In this document: positions 20,220 through 30,131 of the stretch, piece after piece
Position numbering within the stretch: position 1 is the first letter of the stretch
How the letters are laid out: the number at the start of each line of letters is the position of its first letter
Assembly: GCA_963827235.1 (NCBI GenBank)
Contig: CAWHAE010000018.1
Coordinates: forward strand, 160,001 to 224,000
From: an uncultured bacterium
GTDB lineage: Bacteria > Chloroflexota > UBA5177 > JANWHV01
DNA length: 64,000 nucleotides
Reading direction: 5' to 3'
Translations under genes and position numbers: made by a program
Notes under the pieces: generated by a model
Database searches by the model: none
The model's input: the letters and a program-made list of their open reading frames with translations, nothing else
Told to the model about the DNA's origin: nothing

Positions 20220-21188
20220 TCAGCTCTCGACGAACACCGCTCCCTCCAGGTTGTAGCTCTTCGCCGAGAGGTTAGTGGGTAGCCTGATGGCCTGGAAGGT
20301 ACTGCCGCTGGGACGTATGACCCAGAAATACGCGTGCAGCTCGCTCCCGACCAGCACGTCGCCGGAGTATGCGGCCAGGCCGGCGGCGGGAGCAAAGAAC
20401 ACATCGCGAGAGAGCGTATCGGTGACATAGAGGCCCGCTTGAGCCCCGGCACCCGCAGCGGCCTGCCGGCGCGGCACTACCGCGATCGGGTTCGGACCAT
20501 CCGGGAGGTCGACCAGCGTTCTCGCCCGGCCGTGCGCGTCCATCGCCACCAGCGTGCCGCTCTTGCCGGCATCAACTGTGAGCAATGCCTGTCCCGACGC
20601 GGCGCCGAACTGAGGGGATGCAATCGCTACCTCGTCGGCGCCGCCTGGATCGTTGTACGTGCCGACCAGTGCCACTTTGCCCGCGGCATCCACCGTGAAC
20701 ACGCTACCGCCGCGCGGCGTGGCTCCGCCCGAGCGGCCGGTTGCCGCCACCAGTCTGTAGCCGAAATCTCCCACGGTGTCGAAGGCAAGTGCGCCGTCGG
20801 AGCGAGGCACGTGCGGCAGCGCGGCAAACACCGAGACGCTCTTGTCGCCGGCACCGATGCGGTAGATCTTGTTGTCGGGCGAGTGGCAGAAGATGTCGCC
20901 GCTCGCAAAGCCGTGCGAGCCGGGCGACGGGACGCAGCGCGTCTCCTCAACCTGCCTCGGCATAGCCGCGAACGGCGTCATCTTCTGCCCGGTGGGCGCG
21001 GCGGCGAAGACACGATTGGTGGTGTTGTCGACGTAGAGAAACTGATCGCCCGTCCATACCACGTCGGTGAGCCGCAGATCGGTACGAGCGAAGACGCTGA
21101 ACTGGATCGCGGGCGTGGCAGGACTCGCCGCCGTGAGTGGAAATAGCGTCACAGCCAGGGCGAGGCCCAGGACTTTCGGTGATTTCAT
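20220..21188 (-). CDS. Secreted beta-propeller-like hypothetical protein (SMP-30/NHL-like)
   Basis: Sec signal 'MKSPKVLGLALAVTLFPLTAA'; blade-like motifs 'DGALAFD', 'DGPNPIAV', 'GLYVTDT'. Confidence 0.7.
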   Translation of the reverse strand: MKSPKVLGLALAVTLFPLTAASPATPAIQFSVFARTDLRLTDVVWTGDQFLYVDNTTNRVFAAAPTGQKMTPFAAMPRQVEETRCVPSPGSHGFASGDIFCHSPDNKIYRIGAGDKSVSVFAALPHVPRSDGALAFDTVGDFGYRLVAATGRSGGATPRGGSVFTVDAAGKVALVGTYNDPGGADEVAIASPQFGAASGQALLTVDAGKSGTLVAMDAHGRARTLVDLPDGPNPIAVVPRRQAAAGAGAQAGLYVTDTLSRDVFFAPAAGLAAYSGDVLVGSELHAYFWVIRPSGSTFQAIRLPTNLSAKSYNLEGAVFVES

Positions 21189-21294
21189 GCGCTACCTCGG
21201 GATCGCTTGCTGCCGGCGGAAGAAACCGGCCATGCCTACAGTGATCGTACGGCGCCGCCGGATAGCGCAAGCCGTTCGTAGCCGGTGTGCCGGT

Positions 21295-23928
21295 CTAGCT
21301 CGGCTCCGCGGCCCTATCCCAGAAGGTGCGCACGCTGCCGGCCAGCAAGGCGTAGCGCGGCTCGGCCAGGGCGGGATCTTCCTGCAAGATCGTCTCGGCA
21401 ACGCGGCGTGCCAGGGCAAGCGTCGGCATGTCGGTGACCTGGGCTACCTGCAGGGCCGGCAGGCCGCTCTGCCGCGTGCCCCAGAACTCCCCAGGGCCGC
21501 GCAGCCGGAGGTCCTCCTCGGCCAGCTTGAAGCCGTCGTCGGTCATGGTCAGCGCCTGCAGCCGCTCTCGAGCCCCGGGACTGTTCGGATCCGCGAGCAG
21601 CACGCAGTATGATTTGTCGCCGCCGCGGCCCACCCGGCCGCGGAACTGGTGGAGCTGCGCCAGGCCGAACCGCTGCGCGTCCTGCACGACCATGGCCGTG
21701 GCGTTCGGCACGTCGATCCCGACCTCGACCACCGACGTCGCCACCAGCACGTCGATCTCGCCGTCGCGGAAGCGGCTCAACACGGCGTCCTTGTCCTGCG
21801 CCTTCATTTTGCCGTGCAGCACGTCCAGTCGCATGTCGGGAAATACTTTCTCCTGGAGCCGCTTTCCTTCGGCCACCGCCGCCTTGGCCTCCAGGTTCTC
21901 GGACTCCTCGACCAGCGGGCAGATGATGTACGCCTGGTGGCTGGCTTGTACCTGCTCACGCACCAGCGTATACGCCTGCTGCTCCACCGGTGTCCATCTC
22001 GTTTCCACGGGCTGCCTGGCCGGCGGCCGCTCGTCGATCACCGAGACGTCGAGATCACCGTACAGTGTGAGGGTCAGCGTGCGCGGTATTGGCGTCGCAG
22101 TCATCACGAGTAGGTGCGGGTTGTAGCCCTTCCCTTTGAGCGCGGCGCGCTGCACCACGCCGAACCGGTGCTGCTCGTCGACTATAGCCAGGCCGAGCCT
22201 ACCGAAACGGAAGCCCTCCTGGATGAGCGCATGAGTGCCGACCAGAACATGGATCGTGCCCTGCAGCGCGTCGAGGTAGATGCGGGCCCGCTGAGCCTTG
22301 GGCACGCTGCCGGTCAGCATGGCCACCCGCACCCCGAAAGGCTCGAGCAACGCGGTGAGCGTGCGCGCGTGCTGCTCGACCAGTATCTCGGTCGGCGCCA
22401 TAATCGCGCCCTGGTAGCCCGCGCGCGCGCACATGAGCAGCGCTGCCGCGGCCACCACCGTCTTGCCGGACCCCACGTCGCCCTGCAGCAAGCGGCTCAT
22501 GGGCACCGGGCGAGACATGTCGGCCAGGATCTCCGCCAGCGATCGTTCCTGCGCGCCCGTCAGAGTGAACGGCAGGCCGGCGCGGAACTGCGCCATGAGG
22601 CTGTCGTCCGAAGGAATGCTCACACCATCCTCATCGCCCTGCCAGTGCCGCTTCCTTTGCAGCATGCCGATCTGAATGAGCAAGAGCTCGTCCAGGGCCA
22701 GGCGATTTCGGGCCAGGTCCCTGCTCTGCATGCTGTCGGGAAAGTGGAACTGCCGCACGGCACCACGTCGATCGGCAAGCTCGAACTGGCGGCGGAGCGG
22801 CTCGGGCAGCGGATCTTCGATCAGATCCGCTCCCACGGCCAGGGCCCGGCTGACCAGTCTGCGGATCCAGCGCTGGGCAATGCCTTCACTCGACGGGTAG
22901 ACTGGCACGATGCGTCGCGTGTTGGTGCCGTCCTCGTCGTCGGACGGGAATTCCACGTCTCGAGGTGCCAGTTGCAGGCGGCCGTTATACATCTCCACCT
23001 TGCCGCTGATCGCCACCTCTTCGCCGACCCGTCGCTGGAGCTGTTTAAGCATGAACACCTGATTGAACCAGGTAACGGCCATCATGCCCGTGGGATCGGC
23101 GACCTTGGCCTCCACGACCTGCACGTTGCGATTCGGCGTCCGGCGTGTGTCCACCGAGCGCAGCGTGCCCACAAGCGTTACCTGCATGTCGGGGCGCATC
23201 TGGTTGATGCGCACGGGTGCGCTGTAATCGTAGTGGTCGCGCGGCCAGTACTCGATCGCCGACTTCAAGTCGGAGATGCCCAGTTGCTGCAGCCGGGGCT
23301 GCTCTTGCGTGCGCACATGCAGGGCCTCTGCGGCCGCTGCGTCCAGCGATTCCACTGCCTCTTTCGCGTCCCTGGACGGTGGGCCGCTCGCGCGGGCCGC
23401 GGGCCGGACTTGCTGTCCGCTAGCGGCAGGCAGTTCGCTCGCCGCCTTTGCCCGATCGGCCGGCATCGCACTCTCGGCCGGGGCGATTACTCCGGTCGCT
23501 GCCTCGGGCTTTGGCGCCCCGGCTCCCGGCACCTCCGTGCGCGCCACGTGCGGGCTTACTGCGACGGAAGGCGGCTGGGCTCGCCTGGCGGGGCCTTGCC
23601 GGCTATCCGGAGCGATGCTCTCCGAAGCGGACCCTGTCGCAGTGGGTTCATATCGCCGCAGCGTCGCATCCAGCCGCTTCAGCACGATCTGAGCCACGCG
23701 CTCGCGTTCCTCGATGGTATCCGCCTTCTCGTAGCGCCGAAGGTAGGCCAGGATACTCTCGACGGCCGCCCACATAGCCTCGTCGCATTCGTACTTCTCG
23801 AACTGCTGGCGGAAGTACGTTTGTATGCCCATGCCGCTGGTAGAACGGTTCTGGTAGCCCTGCTTGATCTCGAGGCTCAGCACCTTGCGAAGCAGCACCA
23901 GGCTCGGGAAGAGCGTCTCCAGGCTCAT
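21295..23928 (-). CDS. recG: ATP-dependent DNA helicase RecG
   Basis: 'RLLQGDVGSGKT', 'MAPTEIL', 'DEQHRFG', 'MTATPIPRTL', 'QLHQFRGRVGRG', 'DLRLRGPGE'; wedge OB domain; N-terminal extension with Pro/Ala linker. Confidence 0.97.
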   Translation of the reverse strand: MSLETLFPSLVLLRKVLSLEIKQGYQNRSTSGMGIQTYFRQQFEKYECDEAMWAAVESILAYLRRYEKADTIEERERVAQIVLKRLDATLRRYEPTATGSASESIAPDSRQGPARRAQPPSVAVSPHVARTEVPGAGAPKPEAATGVIAPAESAMPADRAKAASELPAASGQQVRPAARASGPPSRDAKEAVESLDAAAAEALHVRTQEQPRLQQLGISDLKSAIEYWPRDHYDYSAPVRINQMRPDMQVTLVGTLRSVDTRRTPNRNVQVVEAKVADPTGMMAVTWFNQVFMLKQLQRRVGEEVAISGKVEMYNGRLQLAPRDVEFPSDDEDGTNTRRIVPVYPSSEGIAQRWIRRLVSRALAVGADLIEDPLPEPLRRQFELADRRGAVRQFHFPDSMQSRDLARNRLALDELLLIQIGMLQRKRHWQGDEDGVSIPSDDSLMAQFRAGLPFTLTGAQERSLAEILADMSRPVPMSRLLQGDVGSGKTVVAAAALLMCARAGYQGAIMAPTEILVEQHARTLTALLEPFGVRVAMLTGSVPKAQRARIYLDALQGTIHVLVGTHALIQEGFRFGRLGLAIVDEQHRFGVVQRAALKGKGYNPHLLVMTATPIPRTLTLTLYGDLDVSVIDERPPARQPVETRWTPVEQQAYTLVREQVQASHQAYIICPLVEESENLEAKAAVAEGKRLQEKVFPDMRLDVLHGKMKAQDKDAVLSRFRDGEIDVLVATSVVEVGIDVPNATAMVVQDAQRFGLAQLHQFRGRVGRGGDKSYCVLLADPNSPGARERLQALTMTDDGFKLAEEDLRLRGPGEFWGTRQSGLPALQVAQVTDMPTLALARRVAETILQEDPALAEPRYALLAGSVRTFWDRAAEPS

Positions 23929-25381
23929 GGCCCGCGGTCTCCGGCAGGCCATCCGTAGCGAATGGCAAGGAAAGCGCGCGCCAGCGCCTCGCCCGTGACG
24001 ACGTCGTCCATCTGCAGATCGCCGTCCAGGACCAGATCCAGCAGATAGTCCTTGACGCGAGCGATCCAGCGCCCGGGCATGCCGCCGGTAAGGTCCATCA
24101 GGGCAACGCCGTCCAGCGGCGAGTGCATCTTCGCGATTTCCGCCTGCGCCTCGAGATCCCTGCAGCGCGACTCCAGGTTGTCCACGGTCTTGAGCACCGC
24201 GCGCACGCGCTCGTGACGATGGCTGGTGATGTCGGCCTTCGACAGAGCGAACAGATTGCCGAGCTGCGGCCCGGCGTCACGCATGAACCGCCGCACCGCG
24301 CCGTCCGTCCAGTCGCTGTAGGTATTGATGCGCATGTGCTGCGCCACGAGAGTGGTAACCGTCTCGATGAACACGTGATCGAACTTCAGTCGGGACAGCA
24401 CCTTCTCCGCCGTACGCGCCCCGATGATCTCGTGACCGAAGAAATGCACCTCGCCGTCGACGAATCGCATGGTCTCGGGTTTGGCGATGTCGTGCAGCAG
24501 GGCGGCCCAGCGCAGCTCACGCGTGGCAGGCGTCTTGTCCAGCACTTGCATGACGTGCGCGAAGATGTCCTTGTGCCGGCGTCCGGGCTGCTGTTGCATT
24601 TCGACCATCGGGAGCAGCTCGGGAATCGTGTAGGGAAGGAGGCCGAGGTCCGCCAGGAGGCGGATGCCGTACGATGGCCCGTTGGCCAGCAGCATCTTGT
24701 CCATCTCCTGCCCGATGCGCTCGTGGCTAATCGTCTCCAGGCTCTGTGCACGCTCGACGATCGCCGCTGCGGTGCCGGACTCGATAGTGAAGTCGAGCTG
24801 CGTGGCCTGGCGCACGGCGCGCAGCAGGCGCAACGGATCCTCGGCGAAGCGCTCGGCCGGATCGCCCACGGCACGGATCAGTCGTCGTTCCAGATCTTCG
24901 CGCCCCCCGAAGGGGTCGACGAATCTCGCCGTTCACCGCCTCGTCCGGCTCCGGATACGGCGTACCGCTGTCCGGCGCTAAGACGCAGCGCCATGGCGTT
25001 GATCGTGAAGTCCCGCCTGGCCAGGTCCTCCTCGAGCGAGACGCCGAACCAGACTTCCGGCTTGCGCGATCCGGGCGCATAACGATCGCCCCGGAAGGTG
25101 GTCACCTGGATCTCGTGGCCCTCGAGCTCAGCGGAAATCGTGCCGTACTTCTCCCCGGGCTGGAACACGTTCTGGCTCACCTCGCGAAGAATACGCTTGC
25201 TATCCGACGGCTCGGCGTCGGTCGTAAAATCGTAGTCCGCAGAGGGGCGCGCGAGGAAGCGGTCGCGCACGATGCCGCCCACCAGGTAGATGCTCTTGCC
25301 GTGCCGCGCGAAGGCATCGGATAGTGCCAGCAAGGCTTGCCGGCTCAGAGGCTGCTGAGAATCGTCAATCGGACTCGTCAT
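23925..25381 (-). CDS. CCA tRNA nucleotidyltransferase with HD domain (reading frame broken near 24920-24985)
   Basis: 'YLVGGIVRD', 'DYDFTT', 'DLARRDFTINAMA' in ORF 24878..25537, then 'EDPLRLLRAVR' and 'ALLHDIAKP' in ORF 23925..24869. Confidence 0.88.
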
Positions 25382-25569
25382 GAAGTCTAGCATCCGCGAT
25401 GCACGGGTATCGCGGCAACTCCTCTGCCGTTTCCGCACCGTTTGCCGCGCCCTGCCGGCCGTCTCCGCCGCGCCGCTTGTCGCGTTGCCGCTAACGCGAG
25501 TTCTGTACCCCGACCGGATCACGTATAATGGCGTCACAAGACCTTTCGACCATCCGAGGACGTTATCAC

Positions 25570-26253
25570 ATGCACGAGGACAGAGCGAGTCGGGGAGATG
25601 CCTCCGCCCCTCCGCTCCGTGAGCGAGTTGCGGGCCGCTCGCGCCATTGCTGGGAAATCATTCGCACCCTGCCGGGTGTGCAGTTTAACTGTGACGAATG
25701 CTACGCCTATTTTGTGCAGCAGGATTGCTGGACTCTCTGGGCTCTCCGCCGCCCCGGATTCAAGCCCTGCTGTCAGAAGCACGGCGACTGCGCCGAATGC
25801 GCCGTGCTCACCGAGCGTCTGCGTCCGGCGGACAACGAGCTAATCCAGATTCAGCCCGGCCGGCCGATCAGGCCGGTACCGTCCTCTTCCAAGCGCGTTT
25901 GCAGCTATCTCCAGCTCTTCCAGGGCCTGGAGGAAGTCGAGGAGGAGCGCAGGACGTCGTCGATCGCACGCGCCCTGCAAGTGCGGAATGCCGATCTTCG
26001 CTGCCGGCTGCGCGGTGTACATCTGGATATTGGCTACGTCAACGACATATGCGTCTCCCGCCATGTGGACGAGTGCGTATTTCTGGATGAAATCCGGCCC
26101 GAAGTACGCGTCGCTCCGGCGAGTGCGCTCAAGCAATCGGGCCAGAACAATGAAAAGCCTGTCCTGGATAAGGGCGGGATGAAGAGATCGGAAACACACG
26201 GCGGGGAGGCCATCGCTCAACAGTCGCCGGTAGGCGAGCAAAGGCTTCGCTAG
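25570..26253 (+). CDS. Cys-rich hypothetical protein (two-CW-like domain plus a second Cys cluster)
   Basis: 'CWE...CDECYAY...DCW...PCCQKHGDCAEC', later 'CSYL..CRL..ICV..EC'; GAGGA RBS; TATAAT at 25524. Confidence 0.75.
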   Translation: MHEDRASRGDASAPPLRERVAGRSRHCWEIIRTLPGVQFNCDECYAYFVQQDCWTLWALRRPGFKPCCQKHGDCAECAVLTERLRPADNELIQIQPGRPIRPVPSSSKRVCSYLQLFQGLEEVEEERRTSSIARALQVRNADLRCRLRGVHLDIGYVNDICVSRHVDECVFLDEIRPEVRVAPASALKQSGQNNEKPVLDKGGMKRSETHGGEAIAQQSPVGEQRLR

Positions 26254-26285
26254 GCGCACGAGGCGCGCCGCGAAAGCACTCGCCC

Positions 26286-29267
26286 TTACAACGTGGTGCG
26301 GCTGACCTGGAGCGCCTTGCGGAACTCCTCTGCTGCCTCGCTCGTCTTTCCTTGCCGTGCAAGCAGGAAGCCGAGCTTCCTGTGCAGGTCAGCGCGACTC
26401 GGATCGGCAGCGACCGCGCGTTGCGCGGCGAGAGTCTCGGCAGCCAGCTCGACAGTTGCCGCGCTCTGCGCTTCCGTTCGGACACGCGGTGCGGGAGCAG
26501 GCCTGGGCTGCGCGCCAGCAGATCTCGGCTGCGCCTGAGCCGGCTCAGCAGCAGCTCTACCCGGCACGGATTCCGGCTCTGCCGGCGCAGTCTCGGCTGT
26601 CACCTCCGGCCTTCGGGGACGTGGCACCTCGGGCTCGGCCGCTTGCGACCATGCTGCGGCTGCCCTGTCAACGTAATGGACGGCCGCTGGAGGCAATTCC
26701 TGTTCCGCCTGGTCGCCATGCGTCGAGCTGGGCGTCGCGGCCCTCACCTGAGGTCCCACAGGGGCAGCGGGTGGCGCGTCCACGTCCCGCGAAGGCCCCC
26801 AATCCGGCATCAGCGCCGCGGACCAGGAGAGGTGCTGCGCCCGCGGCTCGCCCGATTCCGTTTGTGCCGCGGCCGGCTGTGGCGGATAGGCAGCACCCAT
26901 TGCAGGCGCGTCGTCCAGGTCGAGCTCCACCGGAGGCGTATTGAGGCTCTGGGTAATCGGCCGCCTGTTGAAGACCTGTGATGCAGGACGCAACGCTTGC
27001 GACGGGGGACGCAACACCTGTGAGGGGGGACGGGACGGCTGCGCAACTGGACGCAGTACCTGCGATGGCGGCCGCGACGTCTGCGACGGCGGGCGTAGGC
27101 CCTCCGAGGGGGGCCGCAATACCTGTGACAGGGGCCGCAGTCCCTGCGAAGGAGGCCGCGATACCGGTGAAGGGGAACGCAAGCCCTGCGAGGGAGGGCG
27201 TGCTCCTTCCTCTTCGGACGGTGATGCCGGGTACGAGGAGAGCTGATCGTCCGGCGCTGGATAGGGTGCCTGCGGCGCTGCCCGAGGCGCTTCCGGCGTG
27301 GCATGGGACACCGGCGCCGGTGCTCGCGGCGTTTCCAGCGCCAGGTACGGCACCTGCGCCGGGCCGCGCGGTGCCTCGGGCGCGGAATACGCCCGCGCCT
27401 GCTCGTACGGTGCTTCCTGCGCCGCGTGGGACGACGGCGCAGAACTGTACGGTGCTTCCTGTGCCGCATGCGATATCGGCACCGCTGCCTGCGGCGCTTC
27501 CGGCGCCAGGTGCGGCATCTGCGCCGGGACGCGAAGCGGCTCGGACGCGGTATAGGCTGCCTGCGACGGTGCGCGGGGCGGATCTGCTGCCGGATAGGCT
27601 GCCTGCGACGGCGCGCGAAGAGGTTCGGGCCCGGGAGAGTGCGCCTGCGACGGCGCGCGCGGCGGCTCTGCCGCTGGATGCTGCACATGCGGCCCTGGGC
27701 GCGGCTCTTCCGGCGCAGGGTACGGCATCGGCACGGGCTGACGCGGTGCTTCGGACACGGGATAGTGCACCTGTAGTTCCGGACGAGACTCTTCCGCCGC
27801 GGGATACGCGGGCGGCAAATGCGCGCGCTGCGCCTCCTGCCCCTGGTACGGCGCGTCCGCGGAGTCGCGGAATGGTGCCTCCCGGGCCAGCTTGAGCCGC
27901 TGTTCGAGGCTGAGGGCCGTGCCCAGCTCCTGCGCCACGGGAGCCACGGGCGCCTGTGGCGGCAATCCGGCTTCCGGGAATGGGGTCAGGTGCGGCATGG
28001 CCGCCTGCTCGGTGGACGCAGGGCCCGGCCGGCTCTCCGCGGCACCCGCCGGTGGCCAGGCGCTCAGGCCCGGCTCGAACGTCGTCGTCAGGGTCGGAGT
28101 CGCGAGAGTGGGCACCGGCATCGCCGGCACGGCGATGCTCGGCACCGAGGCTTGCTCCAGCGCCACGACCTCGTCGGGTGCCGGCGGAAGCATGGCGGAC
28201 TCGGAGGGCAGCCTCTCCGACATCGGTGCCGCCGTTGCCGGACGAATCTCGATTTCCTCGATATCTTCCTGCACCATATCCCAGGCCGGAGCGGCGAGCT
28301 GAACCGTGCTCAGCTGCATTTCCATCTCCGCCTCTTCCCGCTGCCCGAGAGACTCGTAGACCTTGGCAAGGTGATAGTGGTGAATTCCGTTATCGGGGTC
28401 CAGGGAGATGGCCCGCTGTAATGCAGCCACCGCCTCCTTGCCCTTGTTGGAGCGGTGCAGTGCGCGGCCCAGCAGATTGGCCACGCCCGGATCACCCGGC
28501 TGCAATGCGGCGGCCTTCTTCGCCGCGGTAAGGGCGCCGTGCCGGTCTCCACGCGCCAGGGCAAGCCTGCCAATGTGATAGTGGGCCTCCGGGTGCTGTG
28601 GTACCGCGGAGACTATACGCGCCAGCAGTGCCTCGGCCTCGCGGTAATTGCCGTCGTGTTCCAGGAGCGTTGCCGCCTCGAGCATAGCGATATGGTCGTG
28701 CTGGTTGATCCTGAGGCCCTTCTCATGCCGTGTCATCTCCTGTGCCTGCGATTCCGCCGTGGACTTCAGCAGCTGCTGCACTCCCGCCGCGTCGTACGTC
28801 TCGAGCTGCAGAGATGACACCGGCTTTCTGCGTCCATCACGGACCACGAACGTGGCTTTGTCGACCCAGTAACCGACATAGATGAGCTGGCCGATGTCGC
28901 AGATGGTGATGCCGACCGCACCCCGCCGCTGCAAGCGCAGGCCCAGCGCGCGGAAAAACACGTCGAAGCCCATCGGGCAGACGGCGTGCTTCTTGTCTCG
29001 CTTGTCCCCGCCACGCAGCAGGACGCCCGCCTTGCCGGAAGTAGTACCCTCGAAAGCGCCTTGCAAGCCGAGCAGATCGGCATGGTGAACGGTCAGAGTG
29101 ACGGGGCTGTTCCAGCGGTTCTCAGTAAAGTAGATGATCAGGAAGCCTGTCTCCACCTCGGCGATGATCGCACGCGATGCCCGCTGCTGGTTGAGATACT
29201 CGCCCAGCACCGGAAGGCACTGCTGATACGATGGGATCGATCCAGCGATCCGGGCCGCATCTACCAT
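26286..29267 (-). CDS. TPR protein with long Pro/Ala-rich repeat linker and C-terminal TPR
   Basis: TPR motifs 'PEAHYHIGRLAL', 'NLLGRAL', 'HYHLAKVY', C-terminal 'LHRKLGFLLARQGKTSEAAEEFRKAL'; GGAGG RBS before ATG 29267. Confidence 0.85.
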   Translation of the reverse strand: MVDAARIAGSIPSYQQCLPVLGEYLNQQRASRAIIAEVETGFLIIYFTENRWNSPVTLTVHHADLLGLQGAFEGTTSGKAGVLLRGGDKRDKKHAVCPMGFDVFFRALGLRLQRRGAVGITICDIGQLIYVGYWVDKATFVVRDGRRKPVSSLQLETYDAAGVQQLLKSTAESQAQEMTRHEKGLRINQHDHIAMLEAATLLEHDGNYREAEALLARIVSAVPQHPEAHYHIGRLALARGDRHGALTAAKKAAALQPGDPGVANLLGRALHRSNKGKEAVAALQRAISLDPDNGIHHYHLAKVYESLGQREEAEMEMQLSTVQLAAPAWDMVQEDIEEIEIRPATAAPMSERLPSESAMLPPAPDEVVALEQASVPSIAVPAMPVPTLATPTLTTTFEPGLSAWPPAGAAESRPGPASTEQAAMPHLTPFPEAGLPPQAPVAPVAQELGTALSLEQRLKLAREAPFRDSADAPYQGQEAQRAHLPPAYPAAEESRPELQVHYPVSEAPRQPVPMPYPAPEEPRPGPHVQHPAAEPPRAPSQAHSPGPEPLRAPSQAAYPAADPPRAPSQAAYTASEPLRVPAQMPHLAPEAPQAAVPISHAAQEAPYSSAPSSHAAQEAPYEQARAYSAPEAPRGPAQVPYLALETPRAPAPVSHATPEAPRAAPQAPYPAPDDQLSSYPASPSEEEGARPPSQGLRSPSPVSRPPSQGLRPLSQVLRPPSEGLRPPSQTSRPPSQVLRPVAQPSRPPSQVLRPPSQALRPASQVFNRRPITQSLNTPPVELDLDDAPAMGAAYPPQPAAAQTESGEPRAQHLSWSAALMPDWGPSRDVDAPPAAPVGPQVRAATPSSTHGDQAEQELPPAAVHYVDRAAAAWSQAAEPEVPRPRRPEVTAETAPAEPESVPGRAAAEPAQAQPRSAGAQPRPAPAPRVRTEAQSAATVELAAETLAAQRAVAADPSRADLHRKLGFLLARQGKTSEAAEEFRKALQVSRTTL
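26970..27200 (-). repeat. 11 x 21-bp degenerate tandem repeat encoding R-P-P-S-Q-x-x heptads
   Basis: RPPSQGL RSPSPVS RPPSQGL RPLSQVL RPPSEGL RPPSQTS RPPSQVL RPVAQPS RPPSQVL RPPSQAL RPASQVF. Confidence 0.9.
27250..27830 (-). repeat. About 13 degenerate 42-bp repeats encoding ~14-aa units ([Y/H]-P-A-x-E-x-P-R-A-P-x-Q-x-x)
   Basis: HPAAEPPRAPSQA, HSPGPEPLRAPSQA, AYPAADPPRAPSQA, SHATPEAPRAAPQA and similar; boundaries approximate. Confidence 0.8.
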
Positions 29268-29657
29268 TGGGCTTCCCTCCCGCCGCGTGCTGCCGCGTGG
29301 CCGTCGCGTGCGAAGTGACTCGACTGTAGACACCGTATTGCTCCAGGTACGCCCTGTCAATAGCAGGGGCGATGCAGGACCCCCGGGGGCAGGCGCCCCA
29401 CCTGAGGACTAGCCCGAATGACCCATATCTCCAGCCGGGACCACCTCCTACAATCAGGGTTGTCCAGACTTTGCTGTCGGCCACGGCGTTGCCTTGACGG
29501 CATATTGAATGCCATGATGCCCCAGGCTCGCGGTGCTCGATCAGCCGATCAGAAGCAGTGGGACAACCTAGTTGGTTGGGCCTCTATCCGCGCCGGAAGC
29601 GGGAAGCCTCGGGAATATGATCGTGCAAGCACAGCCCTGTTGCGGAGGCCGCCGCCG

Positions 29658-30131
29658 ATGACCGACACAGCCGCCGACCAGGCCGCGCCGGCAGTCATCT
29701 TTACCCTCCGCACCCGGCTGTTCGCACTCGAGCAGCACGGTACTGCCACGCTGCTTCCCTGGCTTCAGCGCTACACGGCAGCAAGCCCCATTCCCGGTCT
29801 GCCCCCATGGTCGCTTGGACTGCTCAACGTTCGCGGCACGGTGCAAATGGCCGTGGATCTCGGTTGTCTGCTCGGTTTTGAACAGTCGGCCCCAGGCCCC
29901 GAAAACCGACTGATCTTCGTCGAGCTCGGTCCGGTTCAGCTGGGACTGCTCGTCGATTCGGAGATTGGAGTCCGCTATCTGCAGGCGGCCGACGAGCCCC
30001 CTCCCGACCAGAACATACCATTTGTGAGCAGGGCCGCGACCCTCGACGGGCAGCCGCTCCTGGTGCTGGACGGTGCCGCCATGATCCGGCACGTTGCGGA
30101 CCAGCTCAGCGCGCCGGCGCACGTCTCATGA
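29658..30131 (+). CDS. cheW: CheW-like chemosensory adaptor
   Basis: 'PIPGLPPWSLGLLNVRGTVQMAVDL', 'GLLVDS'; GGAGG RBS. Confidence 0.9.
   Translation: MTDTAADQAAPAVIFTLRTRLFALEQHGTATLLPWLQRYTAASPIPGLPPWSLGLLNVRGTVQMAVDLGCLLGFEQSAPGPENRLIFVELGPVQLGLLVDSEIGVRYLQAADEPPPDQNIPFVSRAATLDGQPLLVLDGAAMIRHVADQLSAPAHVS

Noticed and set aside
23280-23928. RecG N-terminal extension as a novel fusion
   Set aside because: An N-terminal helical domain plus flexible linker is seen in RecG of several lineages; no catalytic motif is evident
26970-27830. Tandem repeats as a possible CRISPR array or ncRNA array
   Set aside because: Periods are multiples of 3, the units are degenerate at synonymous sites with no unique spacers, they lie inside a CDS, and no cas genes are present
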